From positions 99,944,001-100,008,000 of the forward strand of contig NC_042997.1 of the NCBI RefSeq assembly GCF_006345805.1: a stretch of DNA of 64,000 nt, in the 5' to 3' direction. Shown here one piece after another: positions 13,701 through 26,500 of this stretch (its first letter is position 1; every line of letters begins with the position of its first letter). The notes beneath the pieces were generated by a model. That model had not been told where the DNA came from. It saw only the letters and a list, made by a program, of their open reading frames with translations, and ran no database searches. A program made the position numbers and the translations under genes. This DNA comes from Octopus sinensis. Lineage: Eukaryota.

Positions 13701-14251
13701 CAGTGTTTCCCAACCCATTTACCCCCAAGCCCCACTATAACTGTGAAGAAAAATGTATGGCCCACCAGTGGTTGGAAAAAAAAACATCTTCATTTTTTTA
13801 TATTTCATGATTATACAAGGGGTGCTGAAAAATTTCTGGTTTTGAGTAAAAGAAAATACAGGAGGATCAGTTAATTATGATTCTATTCAACATATTCCCC
13901 TCTCAGATTCACACGCTTATTACATTGGTCCTTCAGTTTCTCTAAGTTTTCTTGTTGGGCGTTCAACAAGGCTTTTTGCAATACCCTTAAAGTCAGGAAC
14001 CTTTCAGCACTTCCACAGAAAGTTCCTTACAGAAATATCCACATTAGAATAACACAAAACTATAACAAAGTCTTCACACAGTATGCTTGGCTGGAGGAAT
14101 TGGTTTGGCTTGGCTGGGTATAGGTGTAGTATGTTTGCAGTAAAAAAGAGATTTTCACAATTCCAGGTCCCACTAAAAAAAAAAAAGAGCAAGAGATTTG
14201 GACCCCACATCCCACCACAATTTTCCTAGACCCCCGTATTGGGAATCACTG
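13701..14251 (+). mobile_element. hAT-like MITE with 8-bp TSD
   Basis: TIRs CAGTGTTTCCCAA / TTGGGAATCACTG; flanks CTCTACAG (13693-13700) and CTCTAAAG (14252-14259). Confidence 0.75.
13816..14013 (+). mobile_element. Mariner-like MITE nested in the hAT MITE
   Basis: TIR-like GGTGCTGAAAAATTTCTGG / CAGGAACCTTTCAGCAC after a TA; a second copy flanked by TA lies at 34758-34938. Confidence 0.7.
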
Positions 14252-15109
14252 CTCTAAAGTGATTGGCAATGGGACACCTACCAAAAACAAAACCCAAATG
14301 TCTTTTAACCCAACCGCCAACTTTCAACTGCCTCAAAAAACACAATATACAACAAAGATTAACTATTATTTTTGTTGTTGAATGTATCCAATAAAAAGAA
14401 AAATGATTAACAAGTGGTGAGATGTTGCGAGTCCCCATTCAACCCATTTCAAATTAGAAGAAAAACTATAAAATGATGATGATGATGATGATAAAGATGA
14501 TGATGACAATGATGATGACAATGATGATGACAATGAAATACTTATTTTATGCCTCCTTCCGCTTCTATAATTTTCAAAACATATTTCTAAGCAAGTGGCA
14601 ATCACAACATTATCGGTTATTATTACAAACGGAAAGAGGAAGTCTGACCTGAACACTTTCACCTTTATCTAGAACACCTCACCAAAGCCAGACAACAGGC
14701 TCAGACTCAGACGTTTGAGAATTAAGTTATAAAGAGATAATGACCAACAAAAGGAGAGGGAAACAGAAGAAAAGAAGAAGCTTATTGACCTGACATCTTT
14801 TAACACATTACTTGATTTTTGATTCTAGTCCAAAAAAAAAAAAAGAGAGAAATAATTAAAAATTAGAATTATTTTATAGAACACTTTTTCTAAATTGCTA
14901 TTTGTTTATTCATTCATTCATATAATTTTTTTCTTTCTCTTTCCAGGGACTATTTGAGGCATATGACTGAATGCTTTTTCTGTGGCCAACCCTTAACTGT
15001 TTTTCAATGAAGAAATTTTTTTATACCACTTAGTCATTGAAAGCATAGGGTAACCAATCATGATGTCAATATTCACACACACATGCACAAACACACACAC
15101 ACACACACA

Positions 15110-15302
15110 GTACAGTATATTTTTCTTATTGAAGAGAGCATAAGAAGAATAGGAGCAAGAATCTTGGAAGGCAACACTTGAAGTCTATGACTTATTTCTC
15201 TTTCCAATATCTAATCCATTTTACTAAATTTTGCTCCTCTCACACTCTAAGTCTTGCTCCTATTCTTCTTATGCCCTATTCAATAAGAAAAATATACTGT
15301 AC
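15110..15302. repeat. Inverted repeat with 51-bp arms (15110-15160 / 15252-15302)
   Basis: GTACAGTATATTTTTCTTATTGAAGAGAGCATAAGAAGAATAGGAGCAAGA versus its near-exact reverse complement, next to a (CA)n tract. Confidence 0.85.
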
Positions 15303-15351
15303 CTATTAGTAACTGACTTTTGTATGTATCGGCTCTCCTAACCATCTAGAC

Positions 15352-15474
15352 CCTCTGATGAAGCCTAGAGGCACGCTCAACATCCAAACTCTATCTACCC
15401 ATTCCTACAGAATACTGAAGAGACGGAGCTAGCATGGAGGATATTGTGGCCTCTTGGCAGAAACAGCCATAAGG
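15352..15474 (+). ncRNA. Degenerate hammerhead ribozyme motif with long stem II loop
   Basis: CCT-CTGATGA (15355-15361); stem II GCCTAGAGGC/GCCTCTTGGC (9/10 paired); GAAA 15460-15463; stem III mutated; TA then AGG pairs with CCT. Confidence 0.45.
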
Positions 15475-15661
15475 AATTCATCTTTTGATCTTTTAATCTT
15501 TTACTCTTTTATGTATTACTAGTATATATTTATGTAGCAGTCTTTGCATGTGTATGTATTCTTATAATACTCTCTTTCGTTTTGGAATAAATAGACATAA
15601 TAGAATTCTACCAGGTGATGTATGTCATTCATATATCCCCTCTATTTTCTTTTTGCCATAT

Positions 15662-15694
<33 letters not shown>

Positions 15695-16851
15695 TGAGTG
15701 TGTGTGTGTGATCTTTTATGTTTTACTTGCTTCAGTCATTAGACTGCAGCCATACTGGAGCACTGCCATGAAGAATTTGCCCCAAATATTCTTTTAAGTT
15801 TGGTACTTATTCTATCACAATCAGTCTCTTTTGCCAAACTACCAAGTTACAGAGATAAAAACAAACCAACACCAGCTGTCAAAGCAAGGGGAGAAATGGA
15901 CAAACACACACACATGCACAGACATTATAGGCTTCCACACAATTTCCATCTACCAAATTCACTCACAAGGCATTGCTTGGTCTGGGACTATAGAAGACAC
16001 TTGCCTAAAGTAGGTTACCTTCTCAAGTCATGCTGACTCATAAGGGACGGTTTCCCAGTTTCCATGGCATATAAATTCCTCACTGGATGAGACACCAAGC
16101 CATTGCAGGATTACTCATTTTTGTCAGCTGAGTGGACTAGAGCAATATGGAATGAAGTTTTTTGCTCAAGAACACAATGTACTGCCTGATCCAGGAATCA
16201 AAACCACAATTTTATGATCATGAATCCAACACCCTAACCACTAAGCCATGTGCCTCCACACTTGCCCAAGGTGCTGTGCAGTGGGACTGAATTTGAAACC
16301 ACATCGTTGAGAAGCAAATTTCTAAGGCTCTTATCTACACAGCCATTCCTGTGCCCACCCCTCTCTATATGTATGTGGACTATTGGCGATTTTTTTTTCC
16401 TCCTTCTTCCTTCTCTTTTGGACTCTCCCATGTCTCCTTTTTCCAAAGAAGAGCTTTCTTTCCTCCTCTAGGTGTCTTATGAATACTTTGCATGTATCAT
16501 GTCCTTATGTTGTTTTTTCTTGTCTTCTTTCTCCATTTCTTTTATTAACTATAAATATTTATATATACTAGAAGAGGCACCCAGCATTGCCTGGGAATGA
16601 AATTGTTCCTTAAATATAAGAAGAAAAAAAGGAAAATATGTTACTCTTTACTCTTTTACTTGTTTCAGTCATTTGACTGCGGCCATGCTGGAGCACCGCC
16701 TTTAGTCGAGCAAATCGACCCCAGGACTTATTCTTTGTAAGCCCAGTACTTATTCTATCGGTCTCTTTTGCTGAACCGCTAAGTGATGGGGACGTAAACA
16801 CACCAGCATCGGTTGTCAAGCAATGCTAGGAGGACAAACACAGACACACAA

Positions 16852-16886
<35 letters not shown>

Positions 16887-17224
16887 CATATATACAACAG
16901 GCTTCTTTCAGTTTCCGTCTACCAAATGCACTCACAAGGCATTGGTTGGCCCGGGGCTATAGCAGAAGACACTTGCCCAAGATGCTACGCAGTGGGACTG
17001 AGCCCGGAACCATGTGGTTGGTTAGCAAGCTACTTACCACACAGCCACTCCTGCGCCTATAGATGTTGTATAGAAATTTGTTATTCTAAATTCAATTTAT
17101 TTTTCAATTGGGAAATCAATTCTGAATTCATAATACAACAAAAAAATAATAATAATAAAAAACGAAAATACAAAATTTACCACTTTTATGAAGGGAGATA
17201 AATTTTATCACATATGTTGAAGAA

Positions 17225-18185
17225 AATCTCATAAGAGCTTCTGGGTAAACAACATTCCTTGTTTTCTGGTTTGGAGCATAGACAAATAAGTCTTGCAAAC
17301 TACCAATCCTTGAGCAACCAACATAAAGTTGACTATGAGAAAAGCAAGACTCAATTAAGTGCAAGTCAGTAGATTTCAAAGTCTGACCTTGAGCTTTATT
17401 AGTAGACATTGTGAAGAAAGTTCCATTGGGAGTTGTGTTCATTTGAACTCAAATGGCATGTTTGTTGGTTTGATTGGAATTCTTGGAATGAAAATCTCTT
17501 CCCTCAAGGTACATCCAGTGATAATGGTAGCTTCTATCATATTAGGTGATAATGTCTTCACAATCAATCTTGTCCTATTGCATAATTTAAGAGGATCTAC
17601 ATTTCTTAGAAGCATTATTAGGACTTCTACCTTCAGAAAAATTCATGTGGAGGAGTTCTGAGTGGCTCAAGAGAATTAAGGAACTCTGTTGGGTAATGAA
17701 CAGCTTGATTTTCATCAACTGATTTGTACACCTTAAGGACTGTTGGAATCTTATTCATTAATTCATGGTTAATTCTTACTACTGTATTATTTTTTGGAGC
17801 AAGAATTGCCCTTTCACACAACCATTTATGTGAATTATAATTATTACTTAAGTCTGGAAATACGCTGTCCTTCAATTCAGCTGGGGAATTTACCATGATA
17901 GCAATATGAGCCAAATTGATATAATCATGCCCATCAAATGGTACTTTCCCATTTCCTAATTGGAGGAGCCAGGTTGAAAACTGTTCTGCACATTGATCCC
18001 CATGTAATAAAGCTCACGTGTCATTAAATTTTTGTAATGCAAATATATAAATGAAAATAAAGTTTATTTGGTAGCCAAAAGATTACTGAATCTTTTGATA
18101 CCCTATACATCAAAATTGGCAACTAAGTTTCTGAATGCATAAGGAACATACACACACACACAATTCTGCTTTATATATATATATA
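17225..18185 (-). mobile_element. Helitron derivative: 5'-end-like sequence joined to PIF1 helicase C-terminal half
   Basis: WLCERAILAPKNNTV, YPTEFLNSLEP, IMLLRNVDP.KLCNRTRL, NKAQGQTL, HSQLYVGCSRIG, TRNVVYPEAL; a TATATAAAGCAGAATTGTGTG Helitron-type 5' motif near 18185. Confidence 0.85.
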
Positions 18186-18795
18186 CATACATACAAAGCC
18201 ATGATGAAATTTATAGGGAGTGGCAAGAATTTAGGCTCAATTTTACTGAAGAGAAAGGAGAAAATATGAAAATAATCAATATAACTTTCAGAACAAAAGG
18301 GAATTTTTAGCATCACTAGAAAGAAAGAATATTCTTTCTATTGGTAAAAATAAAATATATTCGGAAGTAAGTAAAGTCAGGTCATCAACCTTTGGAGTTA
18401 GATGAAAGCTGAAAGGCAGAACAAATAATTGACCCCACCACTACCACCACAAGCACAATGAATATATTTGGAAACAGAATACAAAACAGAACATGATCCT
18501 TTAATCCATTTACTCATTTCAAATTTTCTGCCATCTAAAACTGAGTTACCGAATTGACAGTGAAATGGGAGGGAGAGGGTTATATGCATAAAGTGTCAAA
18601 TTCAATTTTACATGTGATGAAAGTTAAATTATAATAAAATTCTTTTGCTCCTTTTATTTTTCCTTTCCTGTTTTTTTTTTATTTTTTGACAGAACTCCAT
18701 TACCTTTTGATATATTCACAGTTCCTTACAATAATAAGTCTTTAAAAATATATTCTAAGAGAGGTCAAGGGTACAAGTTAAAATAAATATACGTG

Positions 18796-18829
<34 letters not shown>

Positions 18830-18989
18830 TGTTTCTTATTGGATGGATATATGGATGGATATATGGATGGATAGATGGATGGATAGATAGATATACAGAT
18901 AGATAGAAAAATAGAGGGAGAGAGAAAGGGAGAGAACGTTTCTCTTTATAATAAATTCTAAGAAAGATTGAACATTTCAAATGAGAGTG

Positions 18990-19270
18990 TGTGTACACCT
19001 ACAGGAATATTGAGTATATATAATATATATATGTATGTAAATGTTGTATGCAAGAGAGAAGATTGTGCTGGTTTGGTGATGTGATGTGTATGGATGAGGA
19101 CAGTGGAATAAAGAAGTGCCAAGCTCTAATTGTGAAGGGATAGACCCAGGAAGACATGGAATGAAGTGGTGAAAAAGAATCTTCAGATGCTGGACCTCAC
19201 TGACGAAATGACAAGGGAGCAGGAGCTGTGGAGATTTGCTGTACTTGAGAAGACATGCCAAGCTAAGTAA
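18990..19270 (+). mobile_element. RTE LINE 3' fragment
   Basis: Matches the 3' end of the RTE at ~51480-51700 (GGAGATTTGCTGTACTTGAGAAGAC). Confidence 0.7.
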
Positions 19271-19940
19271 AATCGCTGTCATCCATACATACAGGCTTGT
19301 CTTTTACAGGTGCCAGTGTCACATAAAATGCACTTGTGCAGGTGCTGCATGAATGCACCTGCGCCAGTGGCACATAAAAAGCACCCAACACATTCTGTAA
19401 AGTGGTTGGCATTAGGAAGGGCATCCAGCCATGGAAACCATGCCACGATAGACAACTGGGATTTGGACAGCTCCCCAACTAACCAGCTCCTGTCAAACTG
19501 TCCAACCCATGCCAGCGATGATGATGATCAAATAGGAGATGGACAGGTGATTCTAAGTAGTATCAAAGCATTTATGACTCATAAATGTATTGATGCCATT
19601 AGCAACCAGCTGTATCTGTATCCTCATTATTAACTTAACAGCTGAGTTTCCTATAGCCAACTCATTTTTACCTAAATTACATTTCCCATCATTTGACATT
19701 GGATTTCAGGTTTTCAATCTGGTCTCTGCACTAATCTATCTGTATTTATTGCATGTGTTTTGACAAACTCTTACCCTTTGTAAATATAAATATATAAGAA
19801 GCTTGCTTCCCAACCACATGGTTTCAGGTTCAGTCCCACAGAGTGGCACCTTGAGCAAGTGACTTCTACTATAGCATCAGGCTGACCAAAGCCTTGTGAG
19901 TGGATATGGTAGGCAATAAACTGAACGAAACCCATAGTAC

Positions 19941-19971
<31 letters not shown>

Positions 19972-20779
19972 TATCTATGTGTGTCTTTATGTTTGTTTGT
20001 CCCCCACCAACGCTTGACAACTACTGTCGATGTGTTTACATCACCATAACTGAGTTCCATGCCCATTATAGATGATTCTTGTCTACTGTGGTTCATGTCT
20101 GTGCTTTAATGCACTTTACACCTATATGAGAGGGCCTATCAACAGTAATAACACAGTTTTCATTGTTCTAACAAGACATCCCTATTAAGTTGGATATAAA
20201 GATTGTTTTTTGGTACTAATACTGCTTCTGTTACTAAAAATATATAAATACACACACACATAATAGAGTAGCATAAACAAATATGCAGAAGTCACAATAT
20301 GTCAAATAAAGCTATATTTAGTCTCATTGTGAAAACAGAACCTGTGAATAAACCACAGGAACTTTGCATGCAATGTTACTTTTGACAGCATGTCAAAATT
20401 AACACATACAAGAGAGTTGGCCAGTTTTCCTATGTTGCCATGTGTACCAGATTACAAAGGATCATGTTTTTCTCTATCTAATGCCAATAAAATAAATACC
20501 AGTAATGTGTATGAGTTAAGTTAGTTCAATCAGCTGTATCCATCCACTACAAATTTGAAGTTTCGTGGTCAAAGCAAAATACACACACACACAGAGGAGT
20601 TTGACTGGCAGAGATGATCAGGTTGCATATGTGGAACCTGATCACCTCTGCCAGTCAAACTCCCAACCCATGCATACCCATCGCAACACTGATTCTGTAG
20701 AACAGGGTTGGGTATGAAAACCAACTTTAAAGTATAAATATAGGTTTTTTGAATCAGCAATGTTATGATCAATTAAGTC

Positions 20780-21217
20780 TTATTTGGGGTGAAAAATCAA
20801 TAAACTGATTCCTTATGGGGTTTTCCATTCAATCAGGATGAAAAATCGATAAACAGATTCCTTATAGGATTTCTCACTAAAATTGGCTACACCCCATTTT
20901 CAACCATAACTTTTACCAATTTTGATGTATTTTGTTCAAACTTGATGCCGGGTTACTTAGGACTCATGAGATCTTTGAATGCTTTAAGTTCTCCAAAAAT
21001 AAAAAAACAATCAATGAGTGGAAAAAATGATAAACTGATTCCTTATGTGATTTCCCAATCAAATTGTCTGCAACCCATTTTCAGTCAAACACTTACCAAT
21101 TTCAACAGATTTCGCTCAAATTTGACGTCGGTGTTACTTAGTTTGGTTTGAAACAAAGTGCTTGATTAGCTTAATAATCCTAACTTAATCCTGGGCAACG
21201 CCAGGCTATACTGCCAG
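20780..21217 (+). mobile_element. Non-autonomous Helitron 3' portion with internal subrepeats
   Basis: Subterminal hairpin CCTGG-GCAACG-CCAGG (21190-21205) followed by CCAG|T (CTAG-like terminus); three GAAAAATCAATAAACTGATTCCTTAT-like subrepeats. Confidence 0.6.
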
Positions 21218-21814
21218 TTATTAATAAGAACTTATGTTAATGCCAAAGTTTAAATGTTCTTGGCAATTTGAATCTACAACTTATCACTATTTCTATCTGA
21301 AGTCATATCATGACAATGAATGTTACAGAATTCCACCCTTTCCACTTCAATGCTGTAAAGCTGAAGACTTGTGACTAGTCATAAGAAATTGATATATAAT
21401 TATGGGTATTCATTATGGAGCAATGGAAACTTTTAGGGAAGCCAAGTTTATTGTAATTTCGAATCCCAGTTGGAAACCTTTTCATTTAACATTGCTAAAT
21501 ATTTTTGATTGGTTACACTTTCCTGATTACTTATAATTATTCATGCATATGTATGAAATTATCGTTAATACTTTTACAATTAATCCAAACAGAAACCAAG
21601 GTCAGTAGGTTGAGTGACACAGTAGAGTGTTGGACATTTTATTTTGCTAATGCCCATGAGAGAGGCAGTCACACAATCTCATTCACCTCCCTCGTAAATA
21701 TGAGGTTTTAACGCCGACAGAAGGAAAAAAAAAACATGAATGACAATATGGGAATTAGAGAAAACATTAATATAGTAATAATCATTGAGCACCAAAGGAA
21801 ATACCTTTCAATAT

Positions 21815-22110
21815 TTAGCACCAAGCCAGTGCCGCCTCGACTGGCTTCCGTGCAGGTGGCACGTAAAATGCACCAATCCAACCGTGGCCGATACCAGCCT
21901 CGCCTGGCACCAGTGCAGGTGGCACGTAAAAAGCACCCACTACACTCTCGGAGTGGTTGGCGTTAGGAAGGGCATCCAGCTGTAGAAACTTTGCCAGATA
22001 AGACCGGAGCCTGGTGCAGCCTTCTGGCTTCCCAGATCCCCGGTCAAACCGTCCAACCCATGCTAGCATGGAGAACGGACGTTAAACGATGATGATGATG
22101 ATGATGATGA
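21815..22110 (+). mobile_element. RTE-tailed SINE-like repeat, family C (GGTGGCACGTAAAAAGCACC units; tail GGTTGGCGTTAGGAAGGGCATCCAGC..(GAT)n)
   Basis: Copies at ~19290-19530, 38060-38270, 41385-41790 and 62612-62930; reverse-strand copies at ~29780-30000 and 39810-40000. Confidence 0.8.
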
Positions 22111-23426
22111 AGGTGGTGAGCTGGCAGAATCATTAGCAGGCTTAGTGGTATTTCGTCCATCATTACATTCTGAGTTCAAATTCTGCTGAAATTGACTTTG
22201 CCTTTCATCCTCTCAGAGTCAATAAAATAAGTACCAGTTGAGCATTAGGGTCAATGTAATCGACTTAGTTCCCCACCCCACCCCCAAATTGCTGGCCCTG
22301 TGCCAAAATATGAAACCAATATTTAGCACCATTAAGGCGGTGAGCTGGCAGAATCATTAGCATGCTGGGTGAAATGTTTAGCAGCATTTCATCTATCTTC
22401 ATGTTCTGAGTTTAAACTCTGCCAGTCGACTTTGCCTTTTATTCTTTCAGGCTTGATAAAATAAGTACCAGTTGAGTACTGGGGGTTGATATAACTGACT
22501 TACCCCATTCCCCAAAATTGCTGGCCTTGTGCCAAAATTTGAAATCAATATTTAGCGCCACTTTTCTATACTGAAAGTCAATTCTACTAATGTTAACTTT
22601 GCCTTTCATTCCTTTGGAGTACAAAAAAATAAGTAACAGGTATATACTAAGTTCACTTCAATCAACTCCACACTTCCCATCACAAATTTGTGTCTTTGTA
22701 TTAAAGTAATAGATTAATGTTCTAAGAGATCTAGTGAAACTGAGAGAATCAGTAACCAGGTTCTGGATGTATAATTATTACAAAATAATTAAAATAAAAT
22801 TGAATATAACAATATGTGTTGTTAATTACTGCAATGACACTTTTACCATGATACAATTGTTTTTAGGCCCAAAACATCTGAGATAAAATTTCTTGCTTAA
22901 TGAGTGCAACTCAACAATATTACAAGGATTAGCAAAAAATGAAACAGACTAGATGCTTTACTACACAATACAGCTTTGTTCTAGTCTATTTTCTGTTCTA
23001 ATTGTCTTTGCTTTGGAGTCCCCCAGGAAGACAACCAAAGACTGGATATTTGTCTTCACCCAAGGAAATCTAAGACCAAGTGGTTCCACTTCTTCACATA
23101 GTGGAAAGAGAACACTCCTTAAGACTCAGCAAGAATAACTGCATCACAATCCAGGTTAGTAATCCTAGCTGCACCAATGACTGCTCTACAACTCAATCTA
23201 GCCACCATCTAGCCAAGTATCTGGACCTCATTAAGAAACAAAGGGAAAAAAAATTTTAATCCATCTTATAAAGCACAGGTGGTAAGAAGCTTGCTTCCCA
23301 GCCACATGATTCAGGGTTCAGTCCCACTGTGTGGCACCTTGGGCAATTGTCTTCTGCTATAGCCTTGAAACGACCAAAGCTTTGTGAGTGGATTTGGTAG
23401 ACAGAAACGGAAAGAAATCTGTCATG

Positions 23427-23546
<120 letters not shown>

Positions 23547-24264
23547 TTATGTGTATGTGTTTTTGTGTCTGTGTTTGTCTCCCACCACTAGAATAAGTAC
23601 CAGGCTTAAAAAATAAGTACTGGTTCAATTCATTCGACTAAAAATTCAATGCAATGCCCCCAGCATGGCCACAGTCTAATGACTGAAACAAGTAAGAGAT
23701 AAAAGATAAGGAAATTTCTAAATTTAACACTATATACCAAATAAGTAAACTTGACTAAGAGCTTTGCATGCGATTGTTTTTGCCAAACAGTTTAGATGAA
23801 ATCATAAATTGCTGAAACTGCACACTAAAATGCTACAAATCTTCACCTAGGACACATCAAGAACATTAGGATGGTATGTGAATTAAACCATGGACAGAAA
23901 AGATGCTGCCTTATAAATTTAGCCAGCTTGACTATGTTTCAATTGTAAATTCATTTTTAAAATTTAAATTCTAAACTGCTAATATTTTTCTTTAATTAAA
24001 GACCTATACAGATTCCTTAATGCCACTAAGACCTATACAGATTCCTTAATGTAATGTCTTGAAGACCTTTCAAAAGTTTAAAGAGCATTGTAGATAAAAG
24101 TTCTAAAAAACGTAAAATAATTTCTTCCTGTTTGTTTGAAAAATTAACTGTATAACCTTAATAATTATTGGAATTTGCCCTCACAGTAATACAAAAACCA
24201 TTCTTTAAAATATTAAATCTTTAAAGAAGAACAATGTTAGAGCATGTGCATATATTTATGTGTG

Positions 24265-24305
<41 letters not shown>

Positions 24306-25129
24306 CAGCAGCAGCATTTTACATCCGTTGCTTTCTACGCCGGCGTAGGTTGGGGGTATGTATGTATGTACACATACATGTACATATGCAGACACTAAGA
24401 CCACTGGAGTGCAATCTTAGTATTTAACCTGGTCTTCACTTGTCAAATCTCTCGTTATCTTCACCTTTTAATTCTTGATTATGGTATTTCCATTTTTGGC
24501 ATACATCCCATCTAAAATGGCAGATGGAAAAAGGACATTGCCATCTGTGTAATTCATTACCTACCAGTGTCAAGCAGTAGATCTTTATAAAGACAAACAC
24601 ATTGATAACTATGGTTTCTTTGCCCTTGCCCTTCATCCAGTCACAGCTCTTTCACTCTTTCCTTTACCACTTCATTTCCCTTTTGCTCTTTCCTCTTCCT
24701 ATTGTCCTTCATTCAGGCTTGCTTCTCCTTGCTGGCCACCCCAACAATGCAATTATATTTTCAGCTTAACCAATACTTTTAAAGCTGTTTATCTGCTGAA
24801 GAGCATATATATATATAAAAAAAAGAAGAAACAAACAGTATATAAATATTTGCAAAAAGTGACTAAATATTAGACAAGACATTTCCAACTTTACACAAGA
24901 CCTTAGTAAAATATGAATCAAGAACAGAGAAATTGGCACACTGACTGTTCGGAAAGGATATACCCCTGTCCTAAAGTTGACAGTAATAGCTATTTTATAA
25001 GTAGTTGGAAGAAAACAATATGTGTTCAGAAGCGAAATTACAATTGTATTTATGCATTATTACTCCACCAAAGAATGTCACCATCATGATAAGTATTGCA
25101 ACGATGAAAATGACATTGATAATGCTGTT

Positions 25130-25435
25130 GTTGTTGTTGATGATGATGATGATGATGATGATAATGATGAAGTCGAGGAGGAGGGGGAGAGGGAGAAGAG
25201 AGGAGGAGAGGAAGAAGGGGGGATGGAGGAGGGGAAGGGGAGGAAGGAGAAGTGGAAGAGGAGGAAGGAGAAGAGAAGGGGAGGAAGGAGAGAAGGGAAG
25301 AGGAGGAAGTGGAGGAGGTGGAAGAAGTGGAGGGGGGGGCGAAAAAGAGGGGAAGAGGGGGAGAGAAGGAGGAGGAGGAAGAAGGGGAAAGAAGATGAGG
25401 AAGAAGATGAGGAAGAAGATGAGGAGGAGGAAGAA
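25130..25435 (+). repeat. (GAT)n plus GA-rich polypurine low-complexity tract
   Basis: Directly visible; explains four overlapping ORFs between 24995 and 25532. Confidence 0.95.
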
Positions 25436-25849
25436 TAATCCTTTCAACTATAGGCAAAGGCTTGAAATTTTGGGGGAGGAGACTAGACAGTTACATCAAC
25501 TTCAGTACTCAACTGGTACTTATTTCGATTAAATAAGTACCAGTTACACACTGGGATCGATGTAATCGACTTAATCCGTTTGTTTGTACTTGTTTGTCCT
25601 CTCTGTGTTTAGCCCCTTGTGGGTAGTAAAGAAATAGGTACTTATTTCATTTACCTCAAAAGATGAAAGGTAAAGTCAACATGGCAGCATTTGAACTCAG
25701 AATGTTAAGTCAGAAGAAATGCTGCAGAGCATTCTGTTTGCCAAACTAATGATTCTGCCAAGAATTTCACCCAGCGTGCTAACGATTCTGCCTTGGAAAA
25801 AATAAGAGGGATTGGCTGATGAAAGGAACACTAAAAAAAAGAAACTAAG

Positions 25850-26500
25850 AGCACTATAGTGGTAGCGCAAGACCAAGCTTTGGCCATGAACTGGAGGAAT
25901 GAGCAAGTGTCTCCGCTGTGCTGCATCTGCAACAGAGTGGATGAAACCATTGCCCATATCATGAACGGATGCCCTAGACTTGCCCCAAGCCACTACAAGT
26001 TGTGGCAACTCAATCAGGTAGTGAAAGTGCTACACTGGAAACTCTGCAAAAAGTAGGAGTAGAGAGAAGAAAGACATGGTATGAGCACAAACCACAGAGA
26101 GTGGTGAAGACAGAAACTAGCAAAATTCTCTGGGATTTCCCAATCCAAACAGATCAGGTGCAAGAGCAAAACAGACCAAACCTAGTGGTGGTGGACAAGA
26201 TGCACCACATATGCTATATAGTTGATGTTGCATACCTCTTTGGCCCACAAAATGTCAAGAAAGAAGGCAAAAAGATAGATAAATACAACCCTCTTAAGTT
26301 GCCTGGCTATGGAAAGTGAAGATAGTGCCAATTATTGTTGGGTTCTTGAGAACAGTATCAGAAGGCATCAAGAGGAATATAAAGTAAATTGAAGTAGAGT
26401 TCCCAGTAGAACTGTTACAAAAGGTTTGCCTCCTTGGCATAGCGAGAATAATCAGGGAAGTACTAGATAGCCAAAAAGAATGAATAACATGATACCGTAG
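25850..26500 (+). mobile_element. 3' fragment of an RLE-type non-LTR retrotransposon (R4/Dong/NeSL-like)
   Basis: CCHC knuckle LCCICNRVDETIAHIMNGCPRLA, LHWKLC, KILWDFPIQTD, RPNLVVVDK..CYIVDVA..KE.KKIDKY. Confidence 0.85.

Noticed and set aside
24995-25532. Long Arg/Gly/Glu- or Pro-rich ORFs (also 2082-2630, 7505-7906, 28576-29117, 32019-32391)
   Set aside because: They are translations of microsatellite or low-complexity tracts.
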